Source: Felis catus (Eukaryota). From it: a stretch of DNA of 64,000 bases. The first letter of the stretch is position 1. Every line of letters starts with the position of its first letter. Of this stretch, positions 1-12,449 are shown in pieces. A program made the translations under genes and the position numbers. The notes beneath the pieces are model-generated. The model saw only the letters and a program-made list of their open reading frames with translations, searched no databases and was not told the DNA's origin. The stretch lies in the NCBI RefSeq assembly GCF_018350175.1, contig NC_058368.1, positions 96,536,001-96,600,000 of the forward strand. Reading direction: 5' to 3'.

Positions 1-74
1 AAAAATGTCCTCTCTGAAGACTGCCAAAGGTTTTGGCTGCCTCAACCCTGAGGGATGTACAGATTCTGCTCTTG
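1..74 (+). pseudogene. Pseudo-exon (3' part): KMSSLKTAKGFGCLNPEGCTDSAL(G)
   Basis: Open frame from base 2; strong donor CTTG|gtgagt at 75; phase 1 matches the next exon. Confidence 0.7.
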
Positions 75-239
75 GTGAGTCTGGTTTGCAAGGTTTCCAA
101 CAAATTATTCAAATAAATGCTCTTTCCTAAACTGCCCAAATATGATTGCAATCTTGGATGATATATCCCTGATACAAGAATGATGTGAAAAAAAAATAGC
201 CTTTCAATATACCAGCAAGATATAATTTATATGGATCCT

Positions 240-1500
240 TTCTTAATGAAATAAAATGGATTTAAAAAACTACCTAGTGTTAAAGCTAACAAGTATATGA
301 AAAAACCAGACGAGTAAAATTATAAAACTTTACATAAGCACATAAAGTAAGACTAAATCATCCAAAGTGACACACTATATTTCTGTATGAAAATATGAAA
401 TATGATAAAATGCCCATTTCTATAAAATAATGCTTAATATTGATGTAAGTCCAAGTGAAATTTCAATAAATTTTAATTAAATAGGCTAGGCTTATTTTAA
501 AGGTATATGGGAAAATACGTGTGATACTAGAGCTAAAAATATTCTTAAAAGGACAATTACAGGGTATTTGAAAGGCAATGTATTAATACATATATAAAGT
601 CTGAGAAATTTTAAGAGTGATTTTGTTGGAAAAATGTGTAAATATATTAATGGAAAACAATGGAAGCTCAATGAGCAGACTCATGAATTCACGAAATTGA
701 TTTCGTGATACTTGTACCATTGAAAGGTAACAAAATAAGGAGTTTCAATAAAGAGTTTTGGAAAATTTGGGGGAAAATAAAGTTACATGGCTATCAAAAA
801 CCATGCCCCAAATGAATTCCAGGTATAATAAATTCTGTAATATAATTTTAGAAATAAAAAAAAATATTATAGGTAAGACATGAATCACTGGGTTCTACTC
901 CTGAACCCAAGACTCTACTGTATGTTAACTAACTTGAATTTAAGTTAAAAAAAATACTTTTAAATGAGAAGCATTTTTATTATCTTTTTTTTTCAATATA
1001 TGAAATTCATTGTCAAATTGGTTTCCATACAGCACCCAGTGCTCATCCCAAAAGGTGCCCTCCTCAATACCGATCACCAACCCTCCCCTCCCTCCCACCC
1101 CCCATCAACCCTCAGTTTGTTCTCAGTTTTTAAGAGTCTCTTATGCTTTGGCTCTCTTCCACTCTAACCTCTTTTTTTTTTTCCTTCCCCTCCCCCATGG
1201 GTTTCTGTTAAGTTTCTCAGGATCCACATAAGAGTGAAAACATATTATCTTGATTTGAAAGCACCTTTCTACCTAAGACCCAAAAAGGAAACAAATAAAC
1301 AGTGGCAACTAAAGCAAAACAAAAAACTCAGAACCCACAAAGGAAAACACTGATGTTCATTTTGTGAATGATGAACATTTTTGACTAATGAACATCAGTG
1401 TTCATTTTTTCTGTGTAAAAACTTACAAATTATTTCAAAATAAAATTCCCACCATAAGCAAAATAAAGGAAGACAAATCTTGAAAGACAGGCTAGAAACA
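240..1500 (+). mobile_element. Old L1M ORF2 remnant with younger L1 3'-end insertions
   Basis: A-rich degenerate L1 ORF2-like sequence; carnivore L1 tail at 871-954. Confidence 0.6.
986..1243 (-). mobile_element. L1_Fc-type 3' end (5'-truncated)
   Basis: Poly-T followed by tcaaattggtttccatacagcacccagtgctcatcccaaaagg, the cat L1 3'UTR in antisense; flanking tattatctt duplication. Confidence 0.85.
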
Positions 1501-1866
1501 GATTGAGGAAGGGATTGATGGCCAGGCTAAACACGGTGAATTTTCATCTGTGAGCAAATGGGAACCATAAAAGGTTTTTGACAAGGAGAGTAGAATGATC
1601 CAAGATGCCTCTTAACAATGGGATTTGTTCAGCCATATAAAGGATGAATTAGAACCGCAGTGGCTGGCTGGGTAGGGAGGAGAATGCTATGCCCACAGCT
1701 GTTCAGTTTGGAGTCAAAAAGATCAATTATGAAGCAGTTACAATAATCCAGGCAAGAGATAGCAAAGACCATTTTGGTAACTATGGAAAGGAGAAGCATG
1801 TCTGAGAATCTGAAAAGTGTAGGAGATGTGAGAGAACTAAGACTTATTTACTTACCAACTGTGCAT

Positions 1867-2078
1867 TTTTTTTTAATTTTTTAAATGTTTATTTACTTTT
1901 GAGAGAGACAATGACAAGGTGTGAGTGGGGGAGGGGCAGAGAGGGGGAGACAGAGAATCCGAAGCAGGCTTCAGTCTCTGAGCTGTCAGCACAAAGCCCA
2001 ACATGGAACCCACGAGCCATGAGATCATGACCTAGGCCAAAGTCGGATGCTTAACTGACTGAGCCACCCAGGCGCCCC
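1867..2078 (-). mobile_element. SINEC (felid)
   Basis: Antisense tRNA-derived head (gagccacccaggcgcccc), AG tract, poly-T. Confidence 0.92.
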
Positions 2079-2089
2079 ACAACGTGTAT

Positions 2090-2899
2090 TGTTATCAGCG
2101 ATCTAATTTGTCCAGGGACACACAAAACACAGAGCTAAACCTGACCTGATGCCAACCCCATGTTTTGGTTGTTTTTTTTAAATCCCTCTATAAATTGCAA
2201 GTTGCCTCAAAATAACCTACCCTTAGGCTAGGTGTGGCCACTCTTGGTCCAAACAAAAGATTTTCAGGGTCAGAGCATGAGACAGAAGTGACTGTGGGTG
2301 GGGTACGGGCAGGAAAGGATTAATTCAGCAGGTTGGGATGTTCTAAGTCAGCACCTTCCAAAGGCTTGTATTTAAGATAGGTCCCTCACCAGCAACTGGA
2401 GATAACCTTGGAACACTCGGCTGCATAAAAGTGTTTCTTGTAGGCCTCAGGCCTTAGGCCATGCAGCACCATTTTGATCAGATGATTTATGACAAAGACC
2501 TTTTTTCACAAGTGGGGGGCTGGAGACTGGATAGGTAAGATCAGAAACATGGGTGCTGTTGCATGTGGATGTCAATGACCCTCAGTAAAAACCTTGGACA
2601 ACTAAGACTTGAGTGAAATTCCCTGGTTGGGAAGGTTATTCCCTTGGTTGCAAGGGTTATCCCGCATTGTTGTTGGGGCAGTGAAGCAAGTTGCCCTGCA
2701 GTTCCATTGGGAGGGACTGCGTGGGAGGTTGTGCCTGGTTTCTTTTGGACTTCTCTCCCCTTGTGCCTTTTCCCTTTGCCAATTTAACACCGTGATCTTT
2801 CTTTGTAATACACTGTAATGGTGAGTGCAACAGCTTTGCTGAGTCCTGTCTTTTCAGCAAAACGTTGAGCCTAAGGGTGGCCTGGGAGACCTTGATACA
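2090..2899 (+). mobile_element. ERVL-class solo LTR (MER68/MER77/MER21-like)
   Basis: TG...CA ends; 3' motif ctttgctgagtcctg...gagcctaagggtggcctgggagaccttgataca. Subfamily from memory. Confidence 0.6.
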
Positions 2900-3102
2900 T
2901 GGCAGTTGCCCTACGAACGATTACAGTCTGGTAAATATTATTTTTTGTAGGATGACTAGTGAAGGAAACTGAAGAGCAATCGGATAGAGATGGAAGAAAT
3001 AGAAGAGTACATTGTTTTGGAGAACAAAGGGCGGATGGATCGATGTGTGGGGGGAAAAAAAGGACAGAAGAGGATGTTCCACGTGGATAAAAAATGAAAT
3101 TT

Positions 3103-3218
3103 GGGGCACTCAACTGGCTCAGTCAGTGGAGCATACAACTCTTGATCTTGGAGTTGTGGGTTTGAGCCCCACAATGGGTGTAGAGATTACTTAAAAAATA
3201 AAATCTTGAAAAAAAAAA
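3103..3218 (+). mobile_element. Short old carnivore SINE (SINEC_old-like)
   Basis: tRNA-like head ending ggtgtagagattacttaaaaaataaaatctt. Confidence 0.8.
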
Positions 3219-3449
3219 GAGTGAAATTAACTTGCATGAGGGTATGTGAAAATCAGTGATAACCATGAAGGAGTTTCAGTGGAATGAGGAAGATGACTTG
3301 TGAAGGGGTCTAATAGTCAAGGAGATTATGAGTAAATAAGACTTTAGTGTAGACTATTCACACAAGACAGGGGGACAAGGAGAAAAGGCCAGAGTTAGAC
3401 TCAGTCATAGGGATATGTTTTGCTTATTTGTTTTTAATAAGATATTTAC

Positions 3450-3680
3450 AGGACATGTGACTTCAATCACTAAACTTAAATTCAATTTCTGCTTCATCAC
3501 TTATTTTTTATGTAATTAACATGTGTCCCATAATTTCTCTGGGCCCCAGTTAGCTCATCTTTAATGAAAGTGGCTAATCCGATTTATATTTGCTTTCCCA
3601 TGGGGTTATTGTGAGGATCAAATGGTAAGTTTTTAATGAGAATGTTTTGGAAAAGTCTAAAAGACTAAATACTTATAGTG
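3450..3680 (+). mobile_element. MIR fragment
   Basis: tctctgggccccagttagctcatct...gttattgtgaggatcaaatg core-like motif. Confidence 0.55.
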
Positions 3681-4253
3681 CATTATTTTTATCTCCATTT
3701 TACACATACACAGGAAATATCATTAAGCAAAATGATTTTAAAAGGGATCAAAAATACCCTTATTTTCTCATTTTTGTTAATGGGTATTTGATGAGTACAT
3801 GGAGTAATGTATAAAAAAAATATCACTGTGGGGTACAGCTCTACCATTGTTTATAAATTCCTAGACTTACTGAAGGAACATCGCATCACTGAGCTTTCTC
3901 ATCTCATATTATTATATTAATAAACAAAGAATAATTGTAAGTTAGGTTGGAAATGAATGTCAAATATCACCCTCCTGTGTGTGGAGAGATACTGTCTAAC
4001 CATCTAGGAAGAATGCTATATACCAGATAACAAGAGTAATTTGAATTTTTCATTTTCTAAAAAACTGGAATGATTATAATTTCATTTGCCCTGTTGATCA
4101 ATGCATTTATCATATAAACTGAATCATGATATTAAAAATCATTATGTTGCATATGAAATTTTCAAACATATACCAAGTTTAAATACCATTGTTTTTTTGT
4201 CTGAAAAGAAAGCAGTTAACCTAGGTAACAGGTGAGTTTAAATTTTTATGACA

Positions 4254-4470
4254 GGGATGCCTGGGTGGCTCAGTCCATTAAACACCCGACTTCGACTCAG
4301 GTCATGATCTCATGGTTCATAGGTTCGAGCCCCGCACCAGGGTCCGTGCTGACAGCTTGGAGCCAGGAACCTGTTTCAGATTCTGGGTGTGTGTATCTCT
4401 CCCTCTCTGCCCTTCCCCCGCTTGTGTTCTGTTTCTTTCTCAAAAATAAAAATAAAACCTTAAAATTGTT
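4254..4470 (+). mobile_element. SINEC
   Basis: gggatgcctgggtggctcagtc head, CT tract, A tail. Confidence 0.9.
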
Positions 4471-4603
4471 TTTAATCTTCAAAATTTAATGATAAAGCCC
4501 CTTCTCACAGCTCTACGATAGAAGTCAGGGTCCCAGAAACATGAATTCTGTCACCTTCTGATCTATGGAGGAAAACATTACAATCAAGAGAAGAGAGATT
4601 ATT

Positions 4604-4800
4604 GGGGTGCCTGGGTGGCGCAGTGGGCTAAGTGTCCAACTCCTAGTTTCAGCTCAAGTGAGTTGGAGCCCCACATCAGGCTCTGCACAGCTTGTACCAA
4701 GCCTGCTTGGGTTCTTTCTCTTTCCCTCTCTGCCCCTCCCCGCCCTCTCCCTTTCTCTCTCTCTCTCTCTCCATAAATTAACAAATAAATAAACTTAAAA
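4604..4800 (+). mobile_element. SINEC (internally deleted)
   Basis: ggggtgcctgggtggcgcag head; flanked by agagattatt duplication. Confidence 0.88.
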
Positions 4801-4938
4801 ATTTAGAACAGAGATTATTTCAATCAGGATCTACCATCTGAGCTCGAGGAGAACACGGCTGTTAACACACCAAAGTAGGTTCCTCAGAAGCAGCTTTATG
4901 AAACAAATTGGTCAGTTTTAAGCTGGCCTCATTTAAAG

Positions 4939-5050
4939 GGAGCTCCTCTTTGGTTTTCAAGTACCAGTGAAGATGTCACCCTCCTGAAGCATCTTACATC
5001 TGCATTGTTGTGGCTAATAGGGAAGATGTTGAGGGTGAGTCCTCTAATAG
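4939..5050 (+). pseudogene. Pseudo-exon: (G)SSSLVFKYQ*RCHPPEASYICIVVANREDVE(GES..)
   Basis: Acceptor cctcatttaaag|GG, phase 1; TGA at 4968-4970; donor either GAGG|gtgagt (5035) or ATAG|gtatac (5051). Confidence 0.6.
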
Positions 5051-5160
5051 GTATACAGAAAAAAACCAATAAACAGGATTAGGGGCAGAAGAGAGATGGT
5101 GAATGTAACTATGTAACCATGCTGTTATGTGCTTCCTCCTCTGGACATTCTGATACAATC

Positions 5161-5392
5161 TTTTTTTTTTTTTTAATGTTTATTTTTGAGAGAAGGAGAG
5201 ACAGAGCACCAGCAGGGGAGGGGCAGAGACAGGGGGAGACACAGAATCCGAAACAGGCTCCAGGCTCTGACCTGTCAGCACAGAGCTTGACATGGGGCTC
5301 CAACTCACGAGTGAGCCATGAGGTCATGACCCGAGCCCAAGTCGGACGCTTAACCTTAACCGCTTAACCCGCTGAGCCACCCAGGGGCCCCC
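5161..5392 (-). mobile_element. SINEC
   Basis: Antisense head and tail; TSD cattctga(t/c)a; internal cttaacc micro-duplication. Confidence 0.92.
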
Positions 5393-5689
5393 ATTCTGAC
5401 ATAGTCTTAAGTAACCTTTAAAGAGATAAGAGTTAAAAAGACATGTTCAGAATAACAGAAAGGAGAGCTGTCAATATCTGTGGCTTCAAAAGCCCATTAT
5501 GGCTCAAGAATAAACACAAGGTCAAAACATATTGCTTTTGACTGGCTCCTGTGGGCTGTAAGAAACATTTCCTCACTGAGAAAACAATTACTGAGCACTT
5601 TTAAAAATTTCTTCCTAGGTCCTAAAAAGTGCTGTGTGCAAACATACATGAAAAGAACAACCATCTTTTTAAAATATAGGGACAGTTGC

Positions 5690-6452
5690 ATGAAAAAATG
5701 CTCAACATCACTCATCCTCAGGGAAACACAAATCAAAGCTACAGTGAGATACCACCTCACACCTGTCAGAATGGCTAAAACTAACAACTCAGGCGACGGC
5801 AGATGTTGGCGAGGATGCGGAGAGAGAGGATCTCTTTTGCATTGTTGGTGGCAATGCAAACTGGTGCAGCCACTCTGGAAAACAGTATGGAGGTTCCTCA
5901 AAAAATTAAAAATAGAACTACCCTACAACCCAGCAATTGCACTATTAGGCATTTATCTGTGGGATACAGGTGTGCTGTTTCAAAGGGGCACATGCACCCC
6001 AACGTTGATAGGAGCCCTATCGACAGTAGCCAAAGTATGGAAAGAGCCCAAATGTCTATTGATAGATGAATGGATAAAGAGGATGTGGTGTGTATATATC
6101 CACTGGAGTATTACTCGGCAATCAAAAAGAAGGCAATCTTGCCACTTGTAACTACGTGGATGGAACTGGAGGGTATTATGCTACGTGAGATTAGTCAGAC
6201 AGAGAAAGACATATTATATGACTTTACTCATATGAAGACTTTAAATTACAAAACAGATGAACATAAGGGAAGCAAAAATAATGTAAAAACAGGGAGGGAA
6301 CAAAGCATAAGACACTCTTAAATATAAGGAACAAACAGAAGGTTGCTGGAGGGCTTGTGGGAGGGGAGACAGGCTAAATGGGTAAGGGGCACTAAGAAAT
6401 CTACTCCTGAAATCAATGTTGTACTATATGCTAATTTGGATGTAAATTATAA

Positions 6453-6503
<51 letters not shown>
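5690..6503 (+). mobile_element. 5'-truncated carnivore L1 (ORF2 C-terminus + 3'UTR)
   Basis: ORF 5480..6151 contains the L1 ORF2p C-terminal [24 protein letters not shown]; (TAAA)n tail; TSD aaaatatagggacagttgc / aaaatatatgcacagttgc. Confidence 0.95.
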
Positions 6504-6707
6504 AATATATGCACAGTTGCTTATTTAACATTAACAAATGATTGTTCAGTAACTGGGGCATAGATTAAATTTTGCTAGAGCTGAGGTACCTGGTTCATAG
6601 ACCTGGTCTTTAGAATCATTCATTTCAGAAAGTGTTCTTATCTATAATAAGGAAACAAGAGAGTCTGACAGTCAGATAATTTTGATTTTTTTTGTTTTAA
6701 TTTTCAG

Positions 6708-6858
6708 GTATGTATTCATGGTATCTTCCAATGGTCCCAAAGGCGAGAGGAGTTTCAAAAAAAACCCAGCTTTTTAAATCCTGTTGGAGTTCTGACATAA
6801 ACCAACTGCAGACCGTAAGGTGAATACACAACATCTGCCTATAGTTTACTGCGTGCAG
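6708..6858 (+). pseudogene. Pseudo-exon: VCIHGIF/PMVPKAR/EFQKKP..F/KSCWSSD...GEYTTSAYSLLRA (frameshifted)
   Basis: Very strong acceptor tttttttgttttaattttcag|G and donor CAG|gtaact; 151 nt, phase 0 to 1; every single frame contains stops. Confidence 0.72.
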
Positions 6859-6931
6859 GTAACTGCTAGCATGTTCGTGAACAATTACTATGTTGGTGAC
6901 AACTCATAAGTGTTTTCTTGCTATTCTAAAG

Positions 6932-7169
6932 TTTTGTTTTATTTTTGAGAGAGAGCATGTGCATGTGCACAGAGCACGCACGCACACACACACACACATA
7001 CACACACACACACACAAGTGGGGGAAGGGGAGAAAGAGAGGGGAACAAAGGATCTGAAGCAGGCTCCATGCCAACAGCAGTGAGCCAGATGCGGGGCTGA
7101 AACCCATGAACCAGGAGATCATGACCTGAGCTGGTCAGACACACAACCGACTGAGCCACTCAAGATCCC
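6932..7169 (-). mobile_element. SINEC with (CA)n
   Basis: Antisense SINEC; TSD ctatt(c/t)taaa. Confidence 0.88.
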
Positions 7170-7658
7170 TATTTTAAAACTCACGTCTCTAGTTTAAACC
7201 TATTTCTTCTACCCCCTCTTTCGACTCTCCCTCCCTGCCTTCTTTCCATCTATCCACCTGTCCAAATAGGAAGGTGGAAATGTACCAACTGAGAAAATTT
7301 TATGTTACTGACATACTGACAATAAAATTGCTAACTGCTACCTGCTAACCTACTGGTGTGGTTAAATAACCACTGAGAAATTGCGTTTTGATTTTTTGTT
7401 TTTTGTTTTGCTTGTTTTTTGTTTTTTTGTTTTGCTTTTTGTAAAATAGTACGCCAAACAAATTGGTAAAACCTGTCAATTAAATACATATTTGGATTGT
7501 CTTTTTAAAGGCATGAGTTTATTTGTAAATGGTCCTCACGATTCTAGTCAACTAATGAAGATTAGTACATGGTCTAAACCATGCTTTCAAAAATTTCGGG
7601 CACTTATTATTTATTTCTGATAAGATATCCTCTCAATCTCTAAATATTGTCTCTCAAT

Positions 7659-7868
7659 GGCGCCTGGGCGGCTCAGTCGGTTAAGCGTCCGACTTCGGCT
7701 CAGGTCATGATCTCACTGTTCGTGAGTTCAAGCCCCGCATCAGGCTCTGTGCTGACAGCTCAGAGCCTGGAGCCTGCTTCAGATTCTGTGTCTCCCTCTG
7801 TCCCTGCTCCTCCCCTGCTCACACTCTGTCTCTCTCTCAAAAATCAATAAATGTTAAAAAATAAATAA
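7659..7868 (+). mobile_element. SINEC_Fc
   Basis: Typical head, CT tract and A tail; TSD taaatattgtctctca. Confidence 0.93.
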
Positions 7869-8095
7869 ATATTGTCTCTCAGTTTATGAATATCTCTACG
7901 TTCCTCTCAAAACCTAAATTACTGTGTGCATAAGGAGAGGAAGAGCAACACAAATACAGAGATGATTGGATTTTGAAGTCTGTAATTATTTTCTTACCAT
8001 CCCCTTCACCACCCCCCACCAGAATCAATATGCTGAAAAGTGTATTGTGAGTTTCTTATTAGCCAATTAAGTCAGACTAGCTTTCTCCTCCTCAG

Positions 8096-8294
8096 AACCA
8101 CTGCTTTCTAGAAGAGACAAGAATTGGATACTCGGTCATCTCATTCAAGCACTGGACAAAGTATTACTAAGGAAATCGTGTGTTAAAGGCCAACTACCCA
8201 AAAATATCAAAGATAAAGCTATGCCCAATCATCACAGGTTCCAGGAAATCCTTGCTGTTTTTCCATCTTAACAGCATTCCCATTCGTGCCTGAA
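8096..8294 (+). pseudogene. Pseudo-exon: EPLLSRRDKNWILGHLIQALDKVLLRKSCVKGQLPKNIKDKAMPNHHRFQEILAVFPS*QHSHSCL
   Basis: Acceptor ctttctcctcctcag|A; phase 1 matches the previous exon; 57 open codons, then TAA at 8269-8271; donor GAA|gtgagg. Confidence 0.78.
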
Positions 8295-8399
8295 GTGAGG
8301 GAATAATAAAATTTATTTGATCATAACTGATACAATGAAGTGTCTTAGCACATGTACTGAGGATCCCCAGACAGCCTCCAAAATGTACTGTGACCGTAC

Positions 8400-9060
8400 A
8401 GAGTAACAGAGTGGCCTCAGAGCCACTAGCCAGACAGGGACTACATTTCCCAGCTGGCTTTGCAGTTGGTGTAGTCATGTGACTAGTTTTCATCCCTGGA
8501 ATGGGGTGCAGAAGGAGTTTGTACCGCTTCTGGGCTGAAACCTTTTAAAAGGGCTTCTTCAACTGCCTTAACCTGCTTTTCTCCCCTTTGCTCCCTGGAA
8601 TGTTGGTAGGAAGAGTGACCTCAGGGGCACCTGGGTGGCTCAGTCAGTTAAGCATCTGACTTCAGCATCAGGTCATGATTTCACAGTTCTTGAGTTGGAG
8701 CCCTACATTGGGCTCTGTGCTGATAGCTCAGAGCCTGGGGCCTGTTTCAGATTCTGTGTCTCCCTCTCTCTCTCTCTGCTCCTACCCCACTCACTCTCTG
8801 TCTCTCTTTCAAAAATAAATAAACATTAAAAATAAAAAAGAAGGAGGAGGGGGAGGAGGAGGGGGAGGGGGAGGGGGAGGGGGAGGAGGAGTGACTCAGA
8901 AGGAGATCCACTGAAGATGACAGAGTCAATTTCGGTGTGGACTCCTGAATAACTGAGGAGAATGGTTCTACCTATCATACCACAATGGATGATAACCTAG
9001 GAGAGAAATCAACCAAGTCACTTAAAGTTTCAGGTCTTTTTGTTAAAGCAACTAGCATTG
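8400..9060 (+). mobile_element. MLT1 (MaLR) LTR interrupted by SINEC 8623-8840 and a GGGGAG tract
   Basis: gggactacatttcccagc..gtcatgtgactagtt motif; 3' tctttttgttaaagcaactagc. Confidence 0.7.
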
Positions 9061-9193
9061 CATGTTGCTTCAAGCAAGTGGATTGTGTAAAAGAATCCAT
9101 CAACACCGACAACACCTAATGCTGATGAGGGATTCTCATGCATTGCTGGTGGGAATGCAAAGCAGTACAGTGACTTTGAAAAAGGTATTTATA

Positions 9194-9420
9194 GGGGCGC
9201 CTGGGTGGCGCAGTTGGTTAGGCATCCGACTTCAGCCAGGTCACGATCTCGCGGTCCGTGAGTTCGAGCCCCGCGTCGGGCTCTGGGCTGATGGCTCAGA
9301 GCCTGGAGCCTGTTTCAGATTCTGTGTCTCCCTCTCTCTCTGCCCCTCCCCCGTTCATGCTCTGTCTCTCTCTGTCCCCAAAATAAATAAACGTTGAAAA
9401 AAATATATTAAAAAAAAAAA
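9194..9420 (+). mobile_element. Young SINEC_Fc
   Basis: CpG-rich near-consensus copy; TSD aaaaaggtatttat. Confidence 0.95.
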
Positions 9421-9423
9421 GGT

Positions 9424-9637
9424 ATTTATTTATTTTTTTGCTTATTTTGAGAGAGACAAATTGCAAGTGTGAGAGGGACAGAGAGAAAGGGAGACAGAGA
9501 ATCCCAAGCAGGCTCTGCACTGTCAGGGCAGAGCCCAAGGTGGGACTCAAACCCACAAAACTGTGAGATCATGACCTGATCTAAATCAAGAATCAGGTGC
9601 TGAGCCAACTGAGCCAACTGAGCCACCCAGGTGCCCT
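9424..9637 (-). mobile_element. SINEC
   Basis: Antisense copy, tail-to-tail with the previous SINE. Confidence 0.9.
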
Positions 9638-9997
9638 GGTACAGAGACTATGGAGGGCAGTTTGTCAGTGTCTTACAAAACTAAATATACTCTTACCCTA
9701 CAAACTAGCAATAGCTCTCTTTTCTATTTGCCCAAATGAGTTGAAAACTTATACCCACACAAAAACCTGCACATGGATGTTTATAGCAGCCTTAGTCATA
9801 AAGGTCAAAACTTACGTAGTTAACATTAATGTAACCAGGATTGCTCATCAGCTGTAAGAAATGTACCTTATTAATAGAACATATAAGTGATAGGGAAATG
9901 GTGGGAGTCGGGAAGGATTTGGGAGTATAAAGGAACTCTCTATACTTTCTGCTCATTTTTCCCATAAACATAAAAATATTATTAAAAAAAGCATAAT

Positions 9998-10173
9998 AGG
10001 GGCATCTGGGCAGCTCAGTTGGTTAAGCATCCAATTTTAGCTCAGGTCATGATCTCATGGTTCATGGGTTCGAGCCCCATATCAGGTTTTGTGCTGATAG
10101 CTAAGAGCCCGGAGCTTGGTTCAGATTCTATGTCTCCCTCTCTCTCCGCCCCTCCCTGGCTCATTCTCATTCG

Positions 10174-10207
<34 letters not shown>

Positions 10208-10232
10208 AATGAATAAACATTAAAAAATTTTT
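9998..10232 (+). mobile_element. SINEC
   Basis: Head, (CT)n, A tail. Confidence 0.9.
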
Positions 10233-10699
10233 TAAGGTACAATAAATAGGAGTCTATGTTTCCTTTTCATCATGAGTGCATCTATAGTCACGTATACACA
10301 CTCATACACAACAGCAGACCCGCTCATGAGATGAGGAGTGTAACTACGGAACTGAACTTGACAGAAAAGTATGTAAATGGAACAAGACAAACATGAGAAG
10401 AGACAGAGTGGAAGCATCACTGAGGGGGCATTGGGAGTACACAACACATTAATGCTGATACAGAAAAGAAGATTTGGAGCAAGATGCTCATGGCTGCCAT
10501 TGTTCTAACTATTATCATTTGCTCATTTGTCAGCAAAACTGCATTGTGGGACTAAACCTCTGAGACCATCAGATTTCTCATGACCTCTTCAATTGCAATC
10601 ACTTAAGACCTACACCTGAACCCTAGATCCCATACAACAATTTTACCAAAGCAATATTAAATAATATTTACCAAGCATGATTATTTATTTATGGTATAG

Positions 10700-10860
10700 G
10701 TAGGTACTTCCATTTGTAAATTTCCATAATTTAATCGTCCCTGCTTTAAAGATAAGAAATGGCAGCTCAGAGAGTTAAATAAATTGCCCAGAGTTATCTC
10801 CTGAGTTCAGAACTTGTGTCTGAATGCTAGTGATTTCACTCTCGAATCCATAATCTTATC
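10700..10860 (-). mobile_element. MIR fragment
   Basis: gataagaaatggcagctcagagagttaaataaattgccca motif. Confidence 0.6.
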
Positions 10861-10963
10861 CAATGTCCAAGTTTGCCTGCTGGACTCTGGGTATCCCTGC
10901 TAACAGTAACAACTGAGCTTATGGAAAACTCTTGCCTAGCAATCCAATTTCTACTTTATACAG

Positions 10964-11212
10964 CATCTCTGTGGAAACCCTGGGTTTGACTTCACCAACC
11001 GTTCTGCCATTTGTGCATTGGTTCTCTTGTACAAGGCTAATCACTTTGGTCCTTTCGCCAAAAGACCATTTGCCTAGATCACAGCATTAAAACCCTGTAA
11101 CTGACCAGAACTAGCCAGCAACTAACCAGAATCTCTGGGGCTTGCGTCAACCAAGCCTTGCCTTCATTAAGAGCTTACAAACAATTCTCCTTAGCAATAA
11201 TTTTGCCAGATG
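10964..11212 (+). pseudogene. Pseudo-exon: ..FDFTNRSAICALVLLYKANHFGPFAKRPFA*../..SQQLTRISGACVNQALPSLRAYKQFSLAIILPD
   Basis: Acceptor tttctactttatacag|C; protein-like blocks in two frames; 3' end uncertain (weak GATG|gttctt, phase 1). Confidence 0.58.
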
Positions 11213-12449
11213 GTTCTTGCTCTCTCTCTCCCACTCCACTAGACCTTTATCAGATGTTCTAGTATTTCTTACAGGCATCACCATGCTCATTATTGTGCCT
11301 AATCTTGGATACTTTGAAATCCATTTTAAAATATTGCAGCCAAGCATTGGGAAGGAAATGAAATTACCACTTTGACAGCCAATGGGTTTCTATGGGGCCA
11401 AATTACATGGCAAAAGTTGTCTAAATAACAATGGAAGAGCTCTTCACTAGGCCCTGAATAACATAGAAATGCTTATGGGAGACAAGTGAGGAGTGCTTAC
11501 TTTGGGAATTAACCAACCTCACAATAAAGTAAACTTTTTAGCTCTTGACCTAGATTTTTAGATATATATGCCAACTCTTGGTTCCATGGTTCAGCCTTGC
11601 TCAAAGCCCTAGGGTTAGTTCTGGATGACTTGTGTGGTTGGTTTTTTTTGTTTTTAGATTTGTAGTTTTCTGTTTGGTTAGTTTTCAATCTGTACAGATG
11701 AATCTATATAATCTTTCTATTAATTCCTCTCATTTTTTAAGAGATGAGAGTGCCTGTAGCCAACAATTTGTTTTCCCTGATATGGGTCAGCAAAAATACT
11801 GCTTGAGAAGGTATCACGACTTATATAAAAAATATTGTTTTTCCACAAAAGGACTTAAAAGAAATAAAGAAATATGAATTTTCAAAATCATGTGAAGTTA
11901 AAATTACATTGCTGAAGTTTCAGTGTGTCAAAACAACCTCAGACAATAGAAAAGAAAAACTACGTAAAACTTCCTACAACAAGAGGCGCTCAATAAATGC
12001 CACGCTCTTTTAAGTCAGACCTAGAGTTTTTGTTATTTTTTTTAAGTGTACTTGAGAGTTTGGGTTATTTTCAATGGTTCCAATCATAAACACAGTTTTA
12101 TAACACTGGAGATTTATAAGAATAAATACTAATGCTCCCAAAGTGCCCTGATGAGATTCATTGATATTAATCCAGCCACTATGAACGTACACTGATTCAC
12201 TTCAATGCGCAAGCACGCTGTGAGTTCCAGACCACAGGCATCCAAAGAGAATGTTAGTTTGAAGACAATATGGGCACAAAAATGGTGGCCAAAATCTAGT
12301 GACTACATGGAAGCAGAAGTATAGTTGTAACTTAATGGAATAAGCAGAATAAACAGCATCTGAAATTTCAGCAAATCACATCACTTGGTGTAAAATTTCC
12401 TCCAGAACAAAGGCTAAAAATGGGTATCAACTTTGGTGTCTATTTTGCA

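Larger units (their letters stand above)
9100..9990 (+). mobile_element. Old L1M 3' region with two inserted SINEs
   Basis: cattgctggtgggaatgcaaa..ccacacaaaaacctgcacatggatgtttatagcag. Confidence 0.75.

Noticed and set aside
5480..6151. 223-aa ORF (longest in the track)
   Set aside because: Chance fusion of flanking sequence with the L1 ORF2p C-terminus.
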